In this document: positions 31,614 through 46,830 of the stretch, piece by piece | Numbering within the stretch: the stretch's first letter is position 1 | Layout: every line of letters begins with the position of its first letter | Assembly: GCF_009914755.1 (NCBI RefSeq) | Contig: NC_060931.1 | Strand: one strand, 5' to 3' | From: the human T2T-CHM13v2.0 reference genome, Homo sapiens | Length of the DNA: 64,000 nucleotides | Position numbers and translations under genes: made by a program | Notes under the pieces: generated by a model | The model's input: the letters and a program-made list of their open reading frames with translations, nothing else | The model's database searches: none | Told to the model about the DNA's origin: nothing

Positions 31614-32039
31614 AGTGGAGTCCTTGGAACTGTATGGTTTGGTGAAGCTAACTGAATTTTAAAACAGAGTTCAGAGGTCAGGGTCTTGGAAGCACTTTTC
31701 TATTTGGAAGAACTTGCTTTCTAAGTCGAACATCAAAAATTCAGTACTATTTTTGTAACTTCCTGTGAGTCTATAATTACTTCAAATCATAAAAAATAAT
31801 AATGTTTTAAAAACCGGCATGTGGTTCAGCATCTTTTCCAGGGCTCTGCAGTTCTGGATGCCTATGCCGAGATGGAACTTACATCAGCTTGGGTCTCTGG
31901 GCAACCGTGATGAGCAGAACCTCATTGGCCACCCACAACATATATGTGGCAGACGTGAGAAATGAGCTTTGTTGTGTTAAGCAAAAGCAATAACGAAAAC
32001 AGCAACAAATGCACAAACTGGCTTCTGTCAGTTGTGTGT

Positions 32040-32417
32040 CTTCTCCCTTTCCTATCTCTGTCTCTGTCTCTCTCCCTCTCTTGGCTCACTCACTTTGGGG
32101 GAAGCCGGCTGCCGCCTTGTGAACACACCAGGCAGCTTGTGAGGAGGCTCGGCGGTGAGGAATTAAAGTATTTGGCCAACAGCCAGGAGGAAATTGAGGC
32201 CGACAACCACAGGAGTGAGCTGAGAAGCAGATCTTCCCGCAGCAGTGCCTTCAGCTGACTGCAACCTTACCTTAGGACAAACCTGAGCCTGAACAATCGA
32301 GCTAAGCCACTCCCAGACTCCCGACCCTCAAAAACAGCAGGAAATAATAAATGTGTGTTGTGTAAAGCTACTAAATTTTAGGATAACTTTTGTTACTCAG
32401 CAAAAAATAACTAATAC
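32040..32417 (+). mobile_element. MLT1F-type MaLR LTR
   Basis: ggggaagccggctgcc...ggccaacagcc...ataactaataca. Confidence 0.75.
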
Positions 32418-32421
32418 ACGC

Positions 32422-32672
32422 CGGCAGGGCTGCATGGTGACTTTTGCAGAGCCTTGACCCTTGTGCCTTTGTAGGTGCCTTCCTCCATAAGCTATGTTAA
32501 AAATGTTATGTCGTGACTATGTTGGTATAAAGACAAATATTAATATAATCAAGGCTGGGTTCATTATTATTATATCCATTTTTTTCTTCTGATTTTAGAC
32601 AAAATTAAAACTTTTTTAGGCCCTGAAGTATCATAGGCCCCAGCCTTCTGTGCTCAATGGATGTCAGCCCTA
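32422..32672 (-). mobile_element. MER45-type hAT-Tip100 MITE
   Basis: ttcattattattatat...ttttcttctgatttt...ggccc matches reverse MER45B/C as recalled. Confidence 0.6.
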
Positions 32673-32721
32673 CACTGGGGAACAACATAAGAGGGACATG
32701 CAGTCAAGAATAAGTTATTAG

Positions 32722-33017
32722 GGCCGGGTGCGGTGGCTCATGCCTGTCATCCCAGCACTTTGGGAGGCCAAGATGGGTGGATCACCTGTGGTCAGGAGTT
32801 TGAGACCAGCCCGACCAACCTGGTAAAATCCTGTCTCTACTAAAAACACAAAAATAAGCTGGGTGTGATGGTGCATGCCTGTGGTCCCAGCTACTCAGGA
32901 GGCTGAGACAGGAGAATCACTTGAACCTGGGAGGCGGAGGCTGCAGGGAGCCGAGACTGTGCCACTGCACTCCAGCCAGGATGACGAAGCGAGACTCCAT
33001 CTTAAAAAAAAAAAAAA
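32722..33017 (+). mobile_element. Alu (AluS)
   Basis: TSD agaataagtt. Confidence 0.95.
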
Positions 33018-33384
33018 TAGAATAAGTTTTTGGTCCTGATTCTGCCCAAACCCATGCAATAAGCCCCTCACCTGGTAAGGCCATTAAGATTTTGGCAAAG
33101 TTGTATCCCATGATCATGGATTGTTTTGGGTCCTGTCCTCCAGGTTGGAAAGAAGACTGACTGATTGCTTGGGGAACTGAGTAGAAGCTGCTGTAGGGTA
33201 TTCCCAAAAGGCCATGACAGGAGCTGTACTGTGGGAGCCAAACCACGTGATCCTATGAAGCTTGGGGCATCAGCTGCAACTTCTTAGCCTGAGAGTGGGC
33301 AGCGTAGCACTGGCTTTGACCCCAGTGTCTTCCAGAAGCTGATATTCACAATTTGCATTAAATCTGGAAGGAGGAAAGTGTTTA

Positions 33385-33620
33385 GATCTAAAGACGCAGG
33401 AGCCAGCTGGCTTGGGTTTAAATTCTACCTTTGGCACTTACTGGCTGTGTTACCTTCGGCCAGTTTCTTAAGCCCTCTGTACCTCAATTTGATAATCTTT
33501 AAAGTTAGAATAATGATAGAGGTAGTTGTGAGAATTTTGTGAGTTAACGTACATAAAACACAACAGCACCTGGCACAGAGTAAGCCTTCAATATTTTCAT
33601 TGTGGTGATTATTACTAAGC
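33385..33620 (+). mobile_element. MIR
   Basis: ctgggtttaaattct...cttactggctgtgttacctt...cctggcacagagtaagc. Confidence 0.85.
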
Positions 33621-33889
33621 TTCATTTGAGCTCACACTAACTACTGATGGGCATTTTATTACTCTCCTCACTGTTTACAATCATGTCTTGGGTATGTCAG
33701 AGCAACTTTCACATAAGAAGGAGCTGCCAGGAAGTCATGAACAAGCCAAATGGGAGTCCTAGGTAGAGAGAACCAGGCTCTTGAATAAGGCCCAGCAGAG
33801 CTCAGAGATGATGCTCTCATCATGAAATCCTCTCATGAAATCCAAACGGTGGTCTCCATTTGTGGATCAATGGGCTATACCTCTGACAT

Positions 33890-34354
<465 letters not shown>

Positions 34355-35276
34355 TAAGTGGGAAGAACAGAAGACAATCAGCCTGTAGGCCAAAGTGTGG
34401 CCAGCCATGATTCTGGACCATCTGGCACAGGTTCATACCAACTCTTGGATAACTTCCAAAGGTCCAATAAGGTCAAGTGGACATGGACAACTGAGTAGTA
34501 TAAAACAGACTGCATTTGAGTTCGACAGTTACTTGGGGGAAAATGGGGGCCTATCAAGGTCAAGTTTGAATAGTACATAACAATGAATGTTTTATTAATC
34601 AACCTGCAGAATGTCAAGTGGGTTCATAGGGTGTCAGGGCATGGCAGGCTACAGGTCATGCTGAGGTAGATCTCTTTGTATCTCTGAAGACCAAAAGGGT
34701 GGTACAGAACACGGACAAAGCAAATATAATCAGGCACAATCAAATGCATATGCACTCCCCGCTGCTGGCAGATGGACTATATCAGGCCCCTGTCCACAGA
34801 GCAAGAGGAGTCCGCTGTGCTCTGAACGAAGCCAGTGTCTCTTTGGATTTGGAATTTTGTTTCTTATTTCAGAGGCTTTGCAGCTAGCACTATACAGGGC
34901 AAATCTTAATTACTTAGGACCTTGAACCTAATGTTATTCCATCTAGGGTACACATTCTACCAGTCAACAATAGAAAACATGGCCCAAAAGAATGCCAAGT
35001 GGTTGTGTCACATAGCCTATCTTCAAAATCAAAAGAGCTGTTGGAAAACTGAAATGTGTTATTAGATGCCTCTACATGATGAACCATTATAAATAAATGA
35101 AGTATATGACAAAAATAACATGTTACTGAAATATGTAAAAGATCTGAATAAAGGGACAGATATACTATATTGATGAATGAAAAAACTCCATTCTTCAAAA
35201 TCCCGTATTTAATGTGTAAAGTAAAATAACCATAATTAAAAATACAGCAAAATTCTGTGTGCCAATTGACAAATTA

Positions 35277-35314
35277 TGTATATACATATATATATACACA
35301 TACGTGTGTGTATA

Positions 35315-35346
<32 letters not shown>
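35277..35346. repeat. (TA)n/(TG)n compound microsatellite
   Basis: Direct observation. Confidence 0.9.
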
Positions 35347-35364
<18 letters not shown>

Positions 35365-35740
35365 TTTTGAGACAAGATCTTGCTCCACTGAGAGTAGCAG
35401 CCACAGCGGAGAGCTTCAGAGACCTGCAGAGACATGTGAATGATTTGCCTGCAGAGAAGCCACCCTCTCCAGGGCCTCCTCTCTGGAGTGGCCAGAGTGC
35501 AGTGGTGATCATAGCTCACTGTAGCCTCAACCTCCTGGGCTCAAGCCACGCTCCCACCTCAGCTTCTCGAGTAGCTGAGGCTCCTCAGCCATCATACCTG
35601 GCTAATATTTTAATATTTGTTGTAGCGACGAGGTCTTGCTCTGTTGCCTGGGCTGGTCTCAAACACCTGGCCTTGAGCAATCCTCCTACTTCAACCACCC
35701 AAAGTGCTGGGATTACAGGCATGAACCACTGGACCTGGCC
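35347..35740 (-). mobile_element. AluJ carrying a ~100-bp MER52-derived insert
   Basis: Alu sequence interrupted at 35383-35485. Confidence 0.85.
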
Positions 35741-35858
35741 TAAACTGTAAAATTTATATGTGAGAAGAGACTTCAGGAATTGAAAAGAACTATAAAAGAG
35801 GAGACTTACCCTACCAAAGACCAAAACATATTATGTAGAGTAATTATTGTAGTATTAG

Positions 35859-37065
35859 TGTTACAGGATCTCTGGGGTGTCAATTTTTCTGGGTGGAAAC
35901 TGTGGCCACAGTGTCTTTGCCTGAGTTCTTGTCCTGTGTCCAGGAGGAAAGAGGTATGCAGACAAGCGAGGGGTAAAGAAGAAGAGCTTCATTTAGTGTT
36001 AGAACAGCTCAGAGGGGTGGATAGCTCCTCTCTGTAGGCAGGTCCTCCTTCGAGTGTTCAGCTGTCAGCAGAAACAAGGCCCTGGAGAGGGTGGCTCCTC
36101 TCTGCAGGCAGGACATTTGATTTCTCTGCACCTCTCTGCTGCAGCTGCTGCTCTCAGTGGAGAGGGTATTCCTCTCTGTAGCTGGTCATCCCATCGTCTC
36201 CAGCTATCAGCTGAGAGGCCACTCCTTTCTGCAGCCGGTCGTCTCTTCATCCCTCCAACCTCTGCTCTCTTTGTCCTCTGGCTGTCCTCTGCCCTGCTCT
36301 AGCTGAGCCCAGGGCTTTTATGGACCTCAGAGGGGAGGAAGTGTGTGCCAATTGGTCCATGGGTGGCCATGGGTGGGCCCGGAAGAGGCACCATGAGTCC
36401 CCACTCAGGTCCCTGGGACTGGCAGCCCAGCCCCCAGCCTTTAGGACCTCCCTAGCCTGAGGGTGGGGCCTTACTGCAGACCCCACCCCTTTCCACCCAG
36501 GACTCTGTCTGCCTCCTGAGGCCATTCCAACCCAGGTGGAAGTTAGTGCTGAGAGGGGAGAGAGGCCAGGTAGTGGGAGCAGACACCCCTGAGCCTGCAG
36601 GGACAGGGGGTCCATCCTGGGGCACTTGAGGGTGCAGCCTTCAGAGACACCCAGGTCTCGCGCCTGGGAGGGCAGCCACAGCTGCATCCAGGAGCTCCCG
36701 CTTGTCCCCAGCTCCTGCCTGCTTCCTGGAGCAAGAGGCCCAGGTCTGCAGCCATAGTGCAGGGGCTGTAGCTGCACCTGGAAGGGCAGATCCTACCTGT
36801 TCCCAGCTCCCCCAGGAGCACAGGGAGGCTCAGATCCACAGCTGCAGTTTGGGTGGCTGTAGCCCCACCCAGGAGGGCAGGAATCCTGCCTGCTCCGTAG
36901 AGCAGGAGGCCTGGGTATGACGCTGCAGTTTGGGTGGCTACAGTGGCACGGGGAGTGCCCCTCCCAACTCAGAAGGGGCAGGGCTCCCACCGGCTCCATA
37001 GAGTATGCAGCCCTAACCACACCTTCCTGCTGCAGCCAGAATGATGGCAGCAACCACTGCCATCA
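35859..37065 (-). mobile_element. ERV1 solo LTR, MER52-family
   Basis: tgttacaggatctctggggtgtc...ccactgccatca; GC-rich internal repeats; 4-bp TSD TTAG (35855-35858, 37066-37069). Confidence 0.9.
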
Positions 37066-38567
37066 TTAGTACAGGAAAAATAATAGAACGTTGAGAAAGA
37101 GGACCATGTACACAAGAGATTTTAGTAATGACAAAATCAACATTTACAATTAACAGGGACTGGAAAGACTATCGACAAATATTGTTGGGAAAATTGGTGA
37201 GCCATTTAGGGGAAATTTTTTACATTAAACTGACGAGTTTACCTATATTAAAAACTTTTTAAAATTGTATTTAAGAAATTGCCATAGCAAAGTTAAAAGA
37301 TAAGCAATCTTTCCATTAAAGATGCTAGATTGACTGTTTTTATCTTTCCCCTTTCTCAAGTCTTCACTAAAATGATTGGGAAGTTATAAACAAAAGTATA
37401 AATCCATAAGAGCAAAAAAAATGTAGAAGAAAATATATCAGGATGAGAGATTTCAATTCACTTTTGGAAGAATCACAGCAAATGGATGGCTGGTAACTGA
37501 TTTAGCATAGTGGAAGAATTTGCAGCCAAAATCCTGAGAAGGATATGGAAGAGAAGAGATACAATTTACTTCAAAAACCAGAAGAGGGTTAGTATGGCTA
37601 AGTATGGCCTAGGGCAGGGAGAAGTGAGGCTCCGAAAACAGAGAAATTGATTCAAAGTCTGCAGGGACTGTGATTGGACCCGAGACTTCTTCCTTTACTC
37701 CTCATGCAGCATGTCAGTGGTCTGGAATCCAACCTGCAGGCTGGACAGCGTGGGAGGAAAACACACACACACTGACATCTGTGGGTCTTCAAGTGAAATA
37801 TTCAGTGCTCTCTTCTGTTGTCCAAAAGTGAAGCCCACTGGCCAAAAAGTCAGCTCCATGCCACCAGAGCTTCTAATCAGCATGATGTGGGCTCCTCTTG
37901 AATATAAACAATACAATACAACAAGGAACACCAGATATTTTTGGGAATGCTCCAACATGAAACAAATTTGACCAAACCAATAGGAAAAATAAGCTCACCA
38001 AAAAAGGAAATAACAGACAGTAGAAGAAACATTTTTAAAATCTTTGTTTTGTATCCTCAGAAAGGTTAGATTATACTCATATATAAGAATGGGATGCTAT
38101 GAAAAAGGAACAAAATAGAAAAAGACAGAGCTCTTAGAAATTAAACATATAATAGTCAAAAGAAACATTCAATGAAAGATTTTGAAGATAAGGTCCAGGA
38201 AATTTCCCAAAGTAAAGCAAAAGAAAAAGAGGTAGAGAATGTTAGAGAAAAGATGATAAACGTATAGAATGAATGCAGGAGCTCCAATATTGACCAAGGG
38301 AGTTTGAGAGAACAGAGAAAATAGAAAAGGAAGGAAGTAGGTAAGTAAGTAAGTAGATAAAGTGGTAGATAAATGGATATATGGATGGATATATAGATAG
38401 ACAAACAGGCAAATAAATCAATCCAGCAATGAGGGACCTAAATATCTTGACCAAAAGAATCCACTGATTAGCTAACATAACAAGTGATGATATATCCTCA
38501 CCTTCATGCAATTCCAAATCATCATAAAATTTCAGAACACAAGGAATGAAAAGAAGATCCTAAAGTT

Positions 38568-38862
38568 GGCCGGGTGCGGTGGCTCACACCTGTAATCCCA
38601 GCACTTTGGGAGGCTGAGGTGGGCAGATAACGAGGTCAGGAGATCAACACCATCCTGGCTAACATGGTGAAACCCCGCCTCTACTAAAAATACAAAAAAA
38701 TTAGCCAGGCATGTTAGCGGGCACCTGTAGCCCCAGCTACTCAGGAGGCTGAGGCAGGAGAATGGCGTGAACCTGGGAGCTTGCAGTGAGCTGAGATTGC
38801 GCCACTGAACTCCAGCCTGGGCGAGAGAGCAAGACTCAGTCTCAAAAAAAAAAAAAAAAAAA
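38568..38862 (+). mobile_element. Alu (AluY-like)
   Basis: TSD aagatcctaaagtt. Confidence 0.95.
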
Positions 38863-39004
38863 GATCCTAAAGTTTACAGAAAGAACAGATCACAAGTATC
38901 AGAATAACATCAAACTTCTTAGCAGATAGTCTGGATCTAGAAGAAAATGAAGCAATATTTCCAAAGTACAGACAGAAAATGATTGTTTTTTGGTCTTGCT
39001 AATT

Positions 39005-39140
39005 AAAAAAAATTTTTTTTATAGAGATGCGGGTCTTGCTATGTTGCCCGGGCTGGTCTCAAACTCCTGGTCTCAGATGGTCCTCCTGTCTCAAGCTCCC
39101 AAAATGCTGAGATTATAGCCATGAACCACCACGTCCAGCC
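39005..39140 (-). mobile_element. Alu monomer (FLAM-like)
   Basis: Single arm, flanked by cagaaaatgatt. Confidence 0.8.
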
Positions 39141-39817
39141 AGAAAATGATTTTTTAACTGTAATTAAATACCTAGCAAAACTAGCAGTTTGATGTAAGTA
39201 TAAAATAAAAACATTATTTGATACATGAAAATTTACTTCCCATATATTAGAGGATTATCTCAGGGAAAACAGGGGAGGAAAATTAGAGAGAGACCTAGTA
39301 GATTTGGATCCAGTAAGGACAAGGTCAAAGGAAAGTCTTGAACAGCAGCTATAAAGCAGGCAGAGGAGGTAACAGCTCAGATTAGAGCAGGGTGGAGGAC
39401 TCCAAAGGGAAGAGCCCTAGAAAAAAGGGGAAATTGAAAACTGAATGATCAAATGAAGCATTAGGGAAACTACAGGATAGCATATTATACAAGGAAAGAG
39501 ATGAGCAACTTCAAACTTCAAGAAAAACACGAAGCTGTATTACAAAGAAGCTGTAATTGTGGTTTAAATCTTGGTTCTGAAATGTATGATGTTTGCAGAG
39601 TTGTGAAATAAATATTGATTATTTACTTGACGAAAAGTAATGATGAAATACATAGAGTTGGTGAAAGAAGTAAATGTAGATGATTATATTTGAATCTGTC
39701 AAGGAAGAAGTCATTAGATAATGCCTAAAATTGGATAAATCAAGAAATAGTATAAGCACACTATTTTGGAATATTAAAATTACTAATAGAATCACAGCTT
39801 TAAAAAACGAAAAATAT

Positions 39818-40288
<471 letters not shown>

Positions 40289-40767
40289 GTATATATATAT
40301 ATGGATGACTCTGGGGATTGGGAAGAACGGAAAAGTAGTAGAGGAGACTTATTGTTTTTATTACAAGCTTTTGAAAATAGCACCGGGGCACATATAGGTT
40401 CTATGGCACTTGAAGTTCTTACAATATGGGGAGAGGGGAGTCCTGTTTAAACAAAACAATAAACATTTATAAATAAAAATAGTTATAAAAGTGAATATTT
40501 AGGATTTAAAAAAAACAAAAGTTACAAACTTTAAAAATACAAATCCATAGACACCACAAAATATGGGAAAAAACATATTTTTATTCATTAACTACCTGAA
40601 ACATCCCTTTAAAACATTTCCTGACCATTTGGTACATATTTTTTGACTGCCTCTTCGTTCGTAATATAAAAGTAATGTCACACTATTTCTTTTGGAGGAA
40701 TAAAACAGTCTTTATTTAGCATAGATAACTGAAATTGTTCTTTATTATTGACAGTTTAGAAAAGTTT

Positions 40768-41106
<339 letters not shown>

Positions 41107-41353
41107 CTATTGGTAATGCCATTTAATTTACTACAATTTATGAAAATTTTTGAAAAGCTCTGTTAAATTTCTTTAATACATGAACAGTAAAATTTCAGGG
41201 CATTTAAAGTTTTCTTGGGCAGTGATTAATCTTAATACTCTGAATTGAAACTATTCACAAACCAACTTGTTATCTATGTTCTCCTTGTAGTATTGTGCTG
41301 TGTATTGATATAGTGATTCATTATTACAGTTGAGAACTTCCATTTTGGACTAG

Positions 41354-41640
41354 TTTTTTTTTTATTATACTTTAAGTACTAGGGTACATGTGCACAACGT
41401 GCAGGTTTGTTACATATGTATACATGTGCCATGTTGGTGTGCTGCACCCATTAACTCGTCATTTACATTAGGTATATCTCCTAATGCTATCCCTCCCCCT
41501 ACCCCCACCTCATGACAGGCCCCGGTGTGTGATGTTCCCCTTTCTATGTCCAAGTGTTCTCATTGTTCAATTCCCACCTATGAGTGAGAACATGTGGTGT
41601 TTGGTTTTTTGCCCTTGCTATAGTTTGCTGAGAATGATGA
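41354..41640 (-). mobile_element. Young primate L1PA 3' end (truncated)
   Basis: ttattatactttaagt...catgtgcacaacgtgcaggtttgttacatatgtatacatgtgcc. Confidence 0.93.
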
Positions 41641-42064
41641 TACATTTATGTGTTCACAGCCACTTCCACATATAGTAAAGTTATTGTTGGACATCTTAGT
41701 GTAGGTGTGGCTTTCAGAAATACATCTGCTCATCATGCTAACTCACCTAGCACTGTGACACAAAGGTTTGGGGCCAGAGGTTTTATTGAAATATAAATGG
41801 GTTCTATTCTCCTAGCACTGGAAGTATGTGAGTAAGAGGAGAAATGAGGTTTGAAATTTGCAGAGCCATAGACTAGTTTCTTTACTATATGTGGAAGTGA
41901 CTGTGAACCACATAAATGTATCTCACTAAACCCAAACAGAATATGTCCCCAATTTAATATCCCCTTGGCCAGATCCCAGTAATTCCAGCAGCTGCTCCAA
42001 CACCACCGAACACAACGGAAGGAAGAGGCAGCAGTCTCAACAGACTGTCATTAATATATCTCAT

Positions 42065-42770
42065 TTTGTCAGCCAACAGACATATAAAAAAAAGCTTAAT
42101 ATTATTAATCATCAGGGAAATACAAATCAGAACCACAATGATAGGCCATCTCACCGCAGTCAGAACGGCTATTATAAAAAGTCAAAAAATAACAGATGTT
42201 GGCGAGGCTGTGGAGAAAAGGAACACTTAAACACTGTTGGTGGGAATATAAATTAGCTCAGCCACTGTGCAAAGCAATTTGGAGATTTCTCAAAGAACTA
42301 AAACAGAACTACCATTTGACCCAGTATATACCCAAAGGAAAATAAATCATTCTACCAAAATGACACAGGTACTCATATGTTCATCGCAGCACTGTTCACA
42401 ATAGCAAAGACAGGAAATCAACCTAGGTGCTCATCAACCATGGATTGGATAAAGAAAATGTGGTATATATACACCATAGAAAACTATGCAGGCACAGCAA
42501 AGAATGAAATCATGTCCTTTGCAGCAACATGGATGTAGCTGGAGGCCGTTATCCTAAGCAAATTAATGCAGAAACAGAAAACCAAATATCGCAAGTTCTC
42601 ACTTATAAGTGGGAGCTAAACTTGGATAAACACAGATATAAAGATGGGAACTTTATTGAGTACTTCCTTTTGGGTACTATGTTCACTATCTGAGCAACAG
42701 GATCAATAGAAGCCCAAACCTCAGCATCAATACCATATAACCTTGTAATAAACCTGCACAAAACAAAAAT
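42065..42770 (+). mobile_element. L1PB/L1MA ORF2 end and 3' UTR
   Basis: ggagaaaaggaacactt...gcagcaacatggatgtagctggaggcc...ctcacttataagtgggagctaa. Confidence 0.88.
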
Positions 42771-43019
42771 AGAAATTAATATACATCTTGCTTTGTAAAT
42801 TTTACAAAAACTCATGACAATGTGGTACTCTGTTATGGCCTCATAACAGAGCCTCTTCCAGGGCCTTGGGAAGAAACTATGCAAGTAAAGGCCCTGAAGT
42901 TTAAGCTTAATTAGCTTCAAGGGAAATCTACTTCTAGGCATGAGCTTATAATTTTTTTTAAACTGCGTGCACATATCTTGATTAAAAACAGAGTGGTGAG
43001 AAGAGAGCATATTAAATAA

Positions 43020-43370
<351 letters not shown>

Positions 43371-43372
43371 TA

Positions 43373-43758
<386 letters not shown>

Positions 43759-43978
43759 CTATCTGTGTCACAACAAAAGAGATACACAAATGGCCAGAAA
43801 ATACAAGAAAGGATGACTTTAGTACTCAGGGAAATGCAAATTAAAACACAAGAAGAAATAGCAACCTGGGACATGTATTACTAAAAATCACCATGTTATT
43901 ATTGGATCTTGTACAATATAAATAATAGGCTAATGGGAAAAAGGAATTACAGACACAACATTAAAAACTATAAAGTTT

Positions 43979-44308
43979 GGCCAGGCATGGTGGCTCATGC
44001 CCGTAATCCTAGCACTTTGGGAGGCTGAGGTTGGGAGAATCACTTGAGACCAGGAGTTTGAGACTAGCCTGGTCAACACAGTGAGACTCCATCTCTAAAA
44101 TAAATTTTAAAATTAGCTGATTGTGGTGATGTGTGCCTATAGTTCTGGCTACTTGGGAGGCTAAGGTGGAAGGATCACCTGAGCCCAGGAGTTTGAAGCT
44201 GTATTGTGCTATGACTGAGCAGCTGCACTCCAGGCTGGGTGACAGAGTGAGACCCTTTCTCTAAATCAAACAAAAAATAAGCTCCCCCTTCAAAAAAAAA
44301 AAAAAAAA
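43979..44308 (+). mobile_element. Alu (AluJ)
   Basis: Diverged dimer. Confidence 0.9.
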
Positions 44309-45379
44309 TTAAACAGTAAAACCTCAAAAGAAATATGTGAAAAAAGTAATGAAAATAAAACAAACTGCTCCCATAAAAATGTGACCCTAGTTTTAAACAT
44401 CTTGAATTCCTAATAGAATAAATGTAGGACTCCGCCTGGATAAAAGAGGTAACGTTTGCTTGGTGATAGTGATATGGTGAGGTGTTGTGGCTTCCAAAGG
44501 ATGGAGAAAGAGGTGGTGAATGGGACCACCATATTAGAAGCCAGATGTGCAGTAGCAGAGGTAGATGGCTCATTTGCCCTGATTTTGTTTCTTCTGGTCT
44601 GGATTCAAAGAGAAATCCTGCCTTTGTTGTTTTCGGTTTCTTCCTTTCTTAAAGCAGCAGCTTGTATGGCTCCAAGCAAAACTAGATTCCATGAAATGGT
44701 AGGCTGCTGGGCTTAACATCATAGTCATTATTTTCAATCCACTGCAAGTGCTGTTCAACCCCACTTAAAGCCAGGAAAACTGTGATGTGTTCCGTTCTCC
44801 TTTCTGCTAAGTTTGCAGCCTTGTCTCTGAAGGCACATGGTATATTCCTTTAGGCCTGTTGCTCTGTGGTATGACATTCATTCTTCTACCATTTCATTCA
44901 GACGTCTTTTATTATATCAAGATTTGCTTCCATAATAAAGGCTATCTTTTTGTGTGTGTTTTACTTGGGTTCTTAAAACCAGTAGGCTTACTCATGTTTG
45001 GGATTCTGTGTTAAATATTATTCAAAAGCTTTTTATTTCAAAATCATTATAGACTAATCAGAAGTTGCAAAAATAATACAGAGAGATTAGGAGAAACTTC
45101 ACTTAGCCCCCACCCCTCACCACAGTGATAACAACTTGCACATCTACAGTACGTGATCCAAACCAGGAAATTGACATTGGCACATTTATTAAACATTTGC
45201 ATCAAGAAAATTATACAAACGTGGGACAACAATATGAGATAACCACAGGGAAGGTGAACTGGGCTAAGAAGAAAAAGATGAGGCTCTGTGTGTTTGCGTA
45301 TGTGCCTCAGTGCATGGTCCACTCCTCCATGGGTCACTGTCTTCAGTGAGGTCATGGGTTTTTTTTTGGTTCTGCTGAC

Positions 45380-45775
45380 ACAAGCAAAAAGCATAATCAC
45401 CTCCTTATCTGCTCTTTCTGGTGACAGTGATAACGAGGCAGGCTCATTTCCAGGAGACACGAGAATCCTCTATCAGGTGACTCTGGCTAGAAGACTGCCT
45501 GGTGGCATTGCCAGGCTCCCCTTGGCCCAATAAAAATGTGACCCTAGTTTTAAACATGTTAAATTCCTGATAGAATTTAAGGAAGTCTCAGACACTTCCA
45601 CCCACACGCCCCTCTTTACTTCCCTCTCTCCTGCACTCTGGATTCACTCAGGGTCTGATGATTCTCCCAGCCTCTCCCTCCCCATTTTCTGTGACAGATG
45701 TTTCACCTAATAAGTTTCTTGCATGTTTAATCCTGTTGTGATGTCTCCTTCTTGGGGGTACTCAGACTAATACCC
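45380..45775 (+). mobile_element. ERVL LTR16-like LTR
   Basis: gactctggctagaagact...taataagtttcttgcatgtttaatcc...gactaatac. Confidence 0.6.
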
Positions 45776-46339
45776 GCATATTTTTGGTTTATTCCCCTGC
45801 TTATCTACTGTGTATGAGCAGATCCAAACATCACATTCATGTGTGGGAACAGAAGAACTGTACCTTTTCCATCGTCCTCATAATTTTTGCAAACCCAGAC
45901 CTATTTCTTCCTAATCTTCTCTATTTCACAAATTAAGTCTTCATGGGCCACCTTGGTTTGGCCTTGTGGTGACATGGACGTCCCCTGCTGGATTCTACAG
46001 GAAACCCAATCACACTAAGCATAGCATGAGTTTTGGGGTCTCACTGAATATTTGTGGGTCACAGGGCATGAAGTCATATCTTAAAAAGCATGTCTCAGCC
46101 ATTTCACTGGTTTCAACCCCCTGGCCTCCTTCCCAATACAGGTCTGCTCAGTTCTTTGCAGGTGAACCCCTGCACAGACTCCCAGAAAGTCTAAAGTAGT
46201 ACTGTCCTTTCTCCTTCGCGCTGTCCCAGCCTGATGGCCTTCCCTAAACATGGCAAGAGCAAACACATGAATGAATAAATAAATGGGTGTTACAAAGTAA
46301 GTTAACTGCACCCTAGAACAAGGCTCAAGATTATTTTTA

Positions 46340-46569
<230 letters not shown>

Positions 46570-46639
46570 TTAATTGGTATTCGTGTATATATACATATTC
46601 TCAAGAATTATTCAATATTTTAAAAATATTTATGTTAGA

Positions 46640-46830
46640 ATCATGTACTTTTAGATATAGAAGGAAACTTCAGTATCACTAACTCCAATCCTATAATTTT
46701 ATAGTTAAGGAGAATGAGATGTAGAAGGGTAATTGATTTGAGCCCAGAGAAATATTAAATGAGGGCAGGATTGAAACTCATCTATTTCTCGATTTCCCCA
46801 ATCTCTTTCTGTTTCCACTGTACTATACAG
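46640..46830 (-). mobile_element. MIR
   Basis: ttttatagttaaggagaatgag...ggcaggattgaaactca. Confidence 0.6.

Larger units (their letters stand above)
37310..39815 (+). mobile_element. Very old L1 (L1ME-like) 5'/ORF1-region fragments
   Basis: A-rich degenerate ORF1-like sequence (aaatttcagaacac...aagatcctaaa...gaagcaatatttccaaagt). Confidence 0.6.

Noticed and set aside
36054-37053. Cluster of 60-176 aa ORFs
   Set aside because: They lie inside the GC-rich MER52 LTR.
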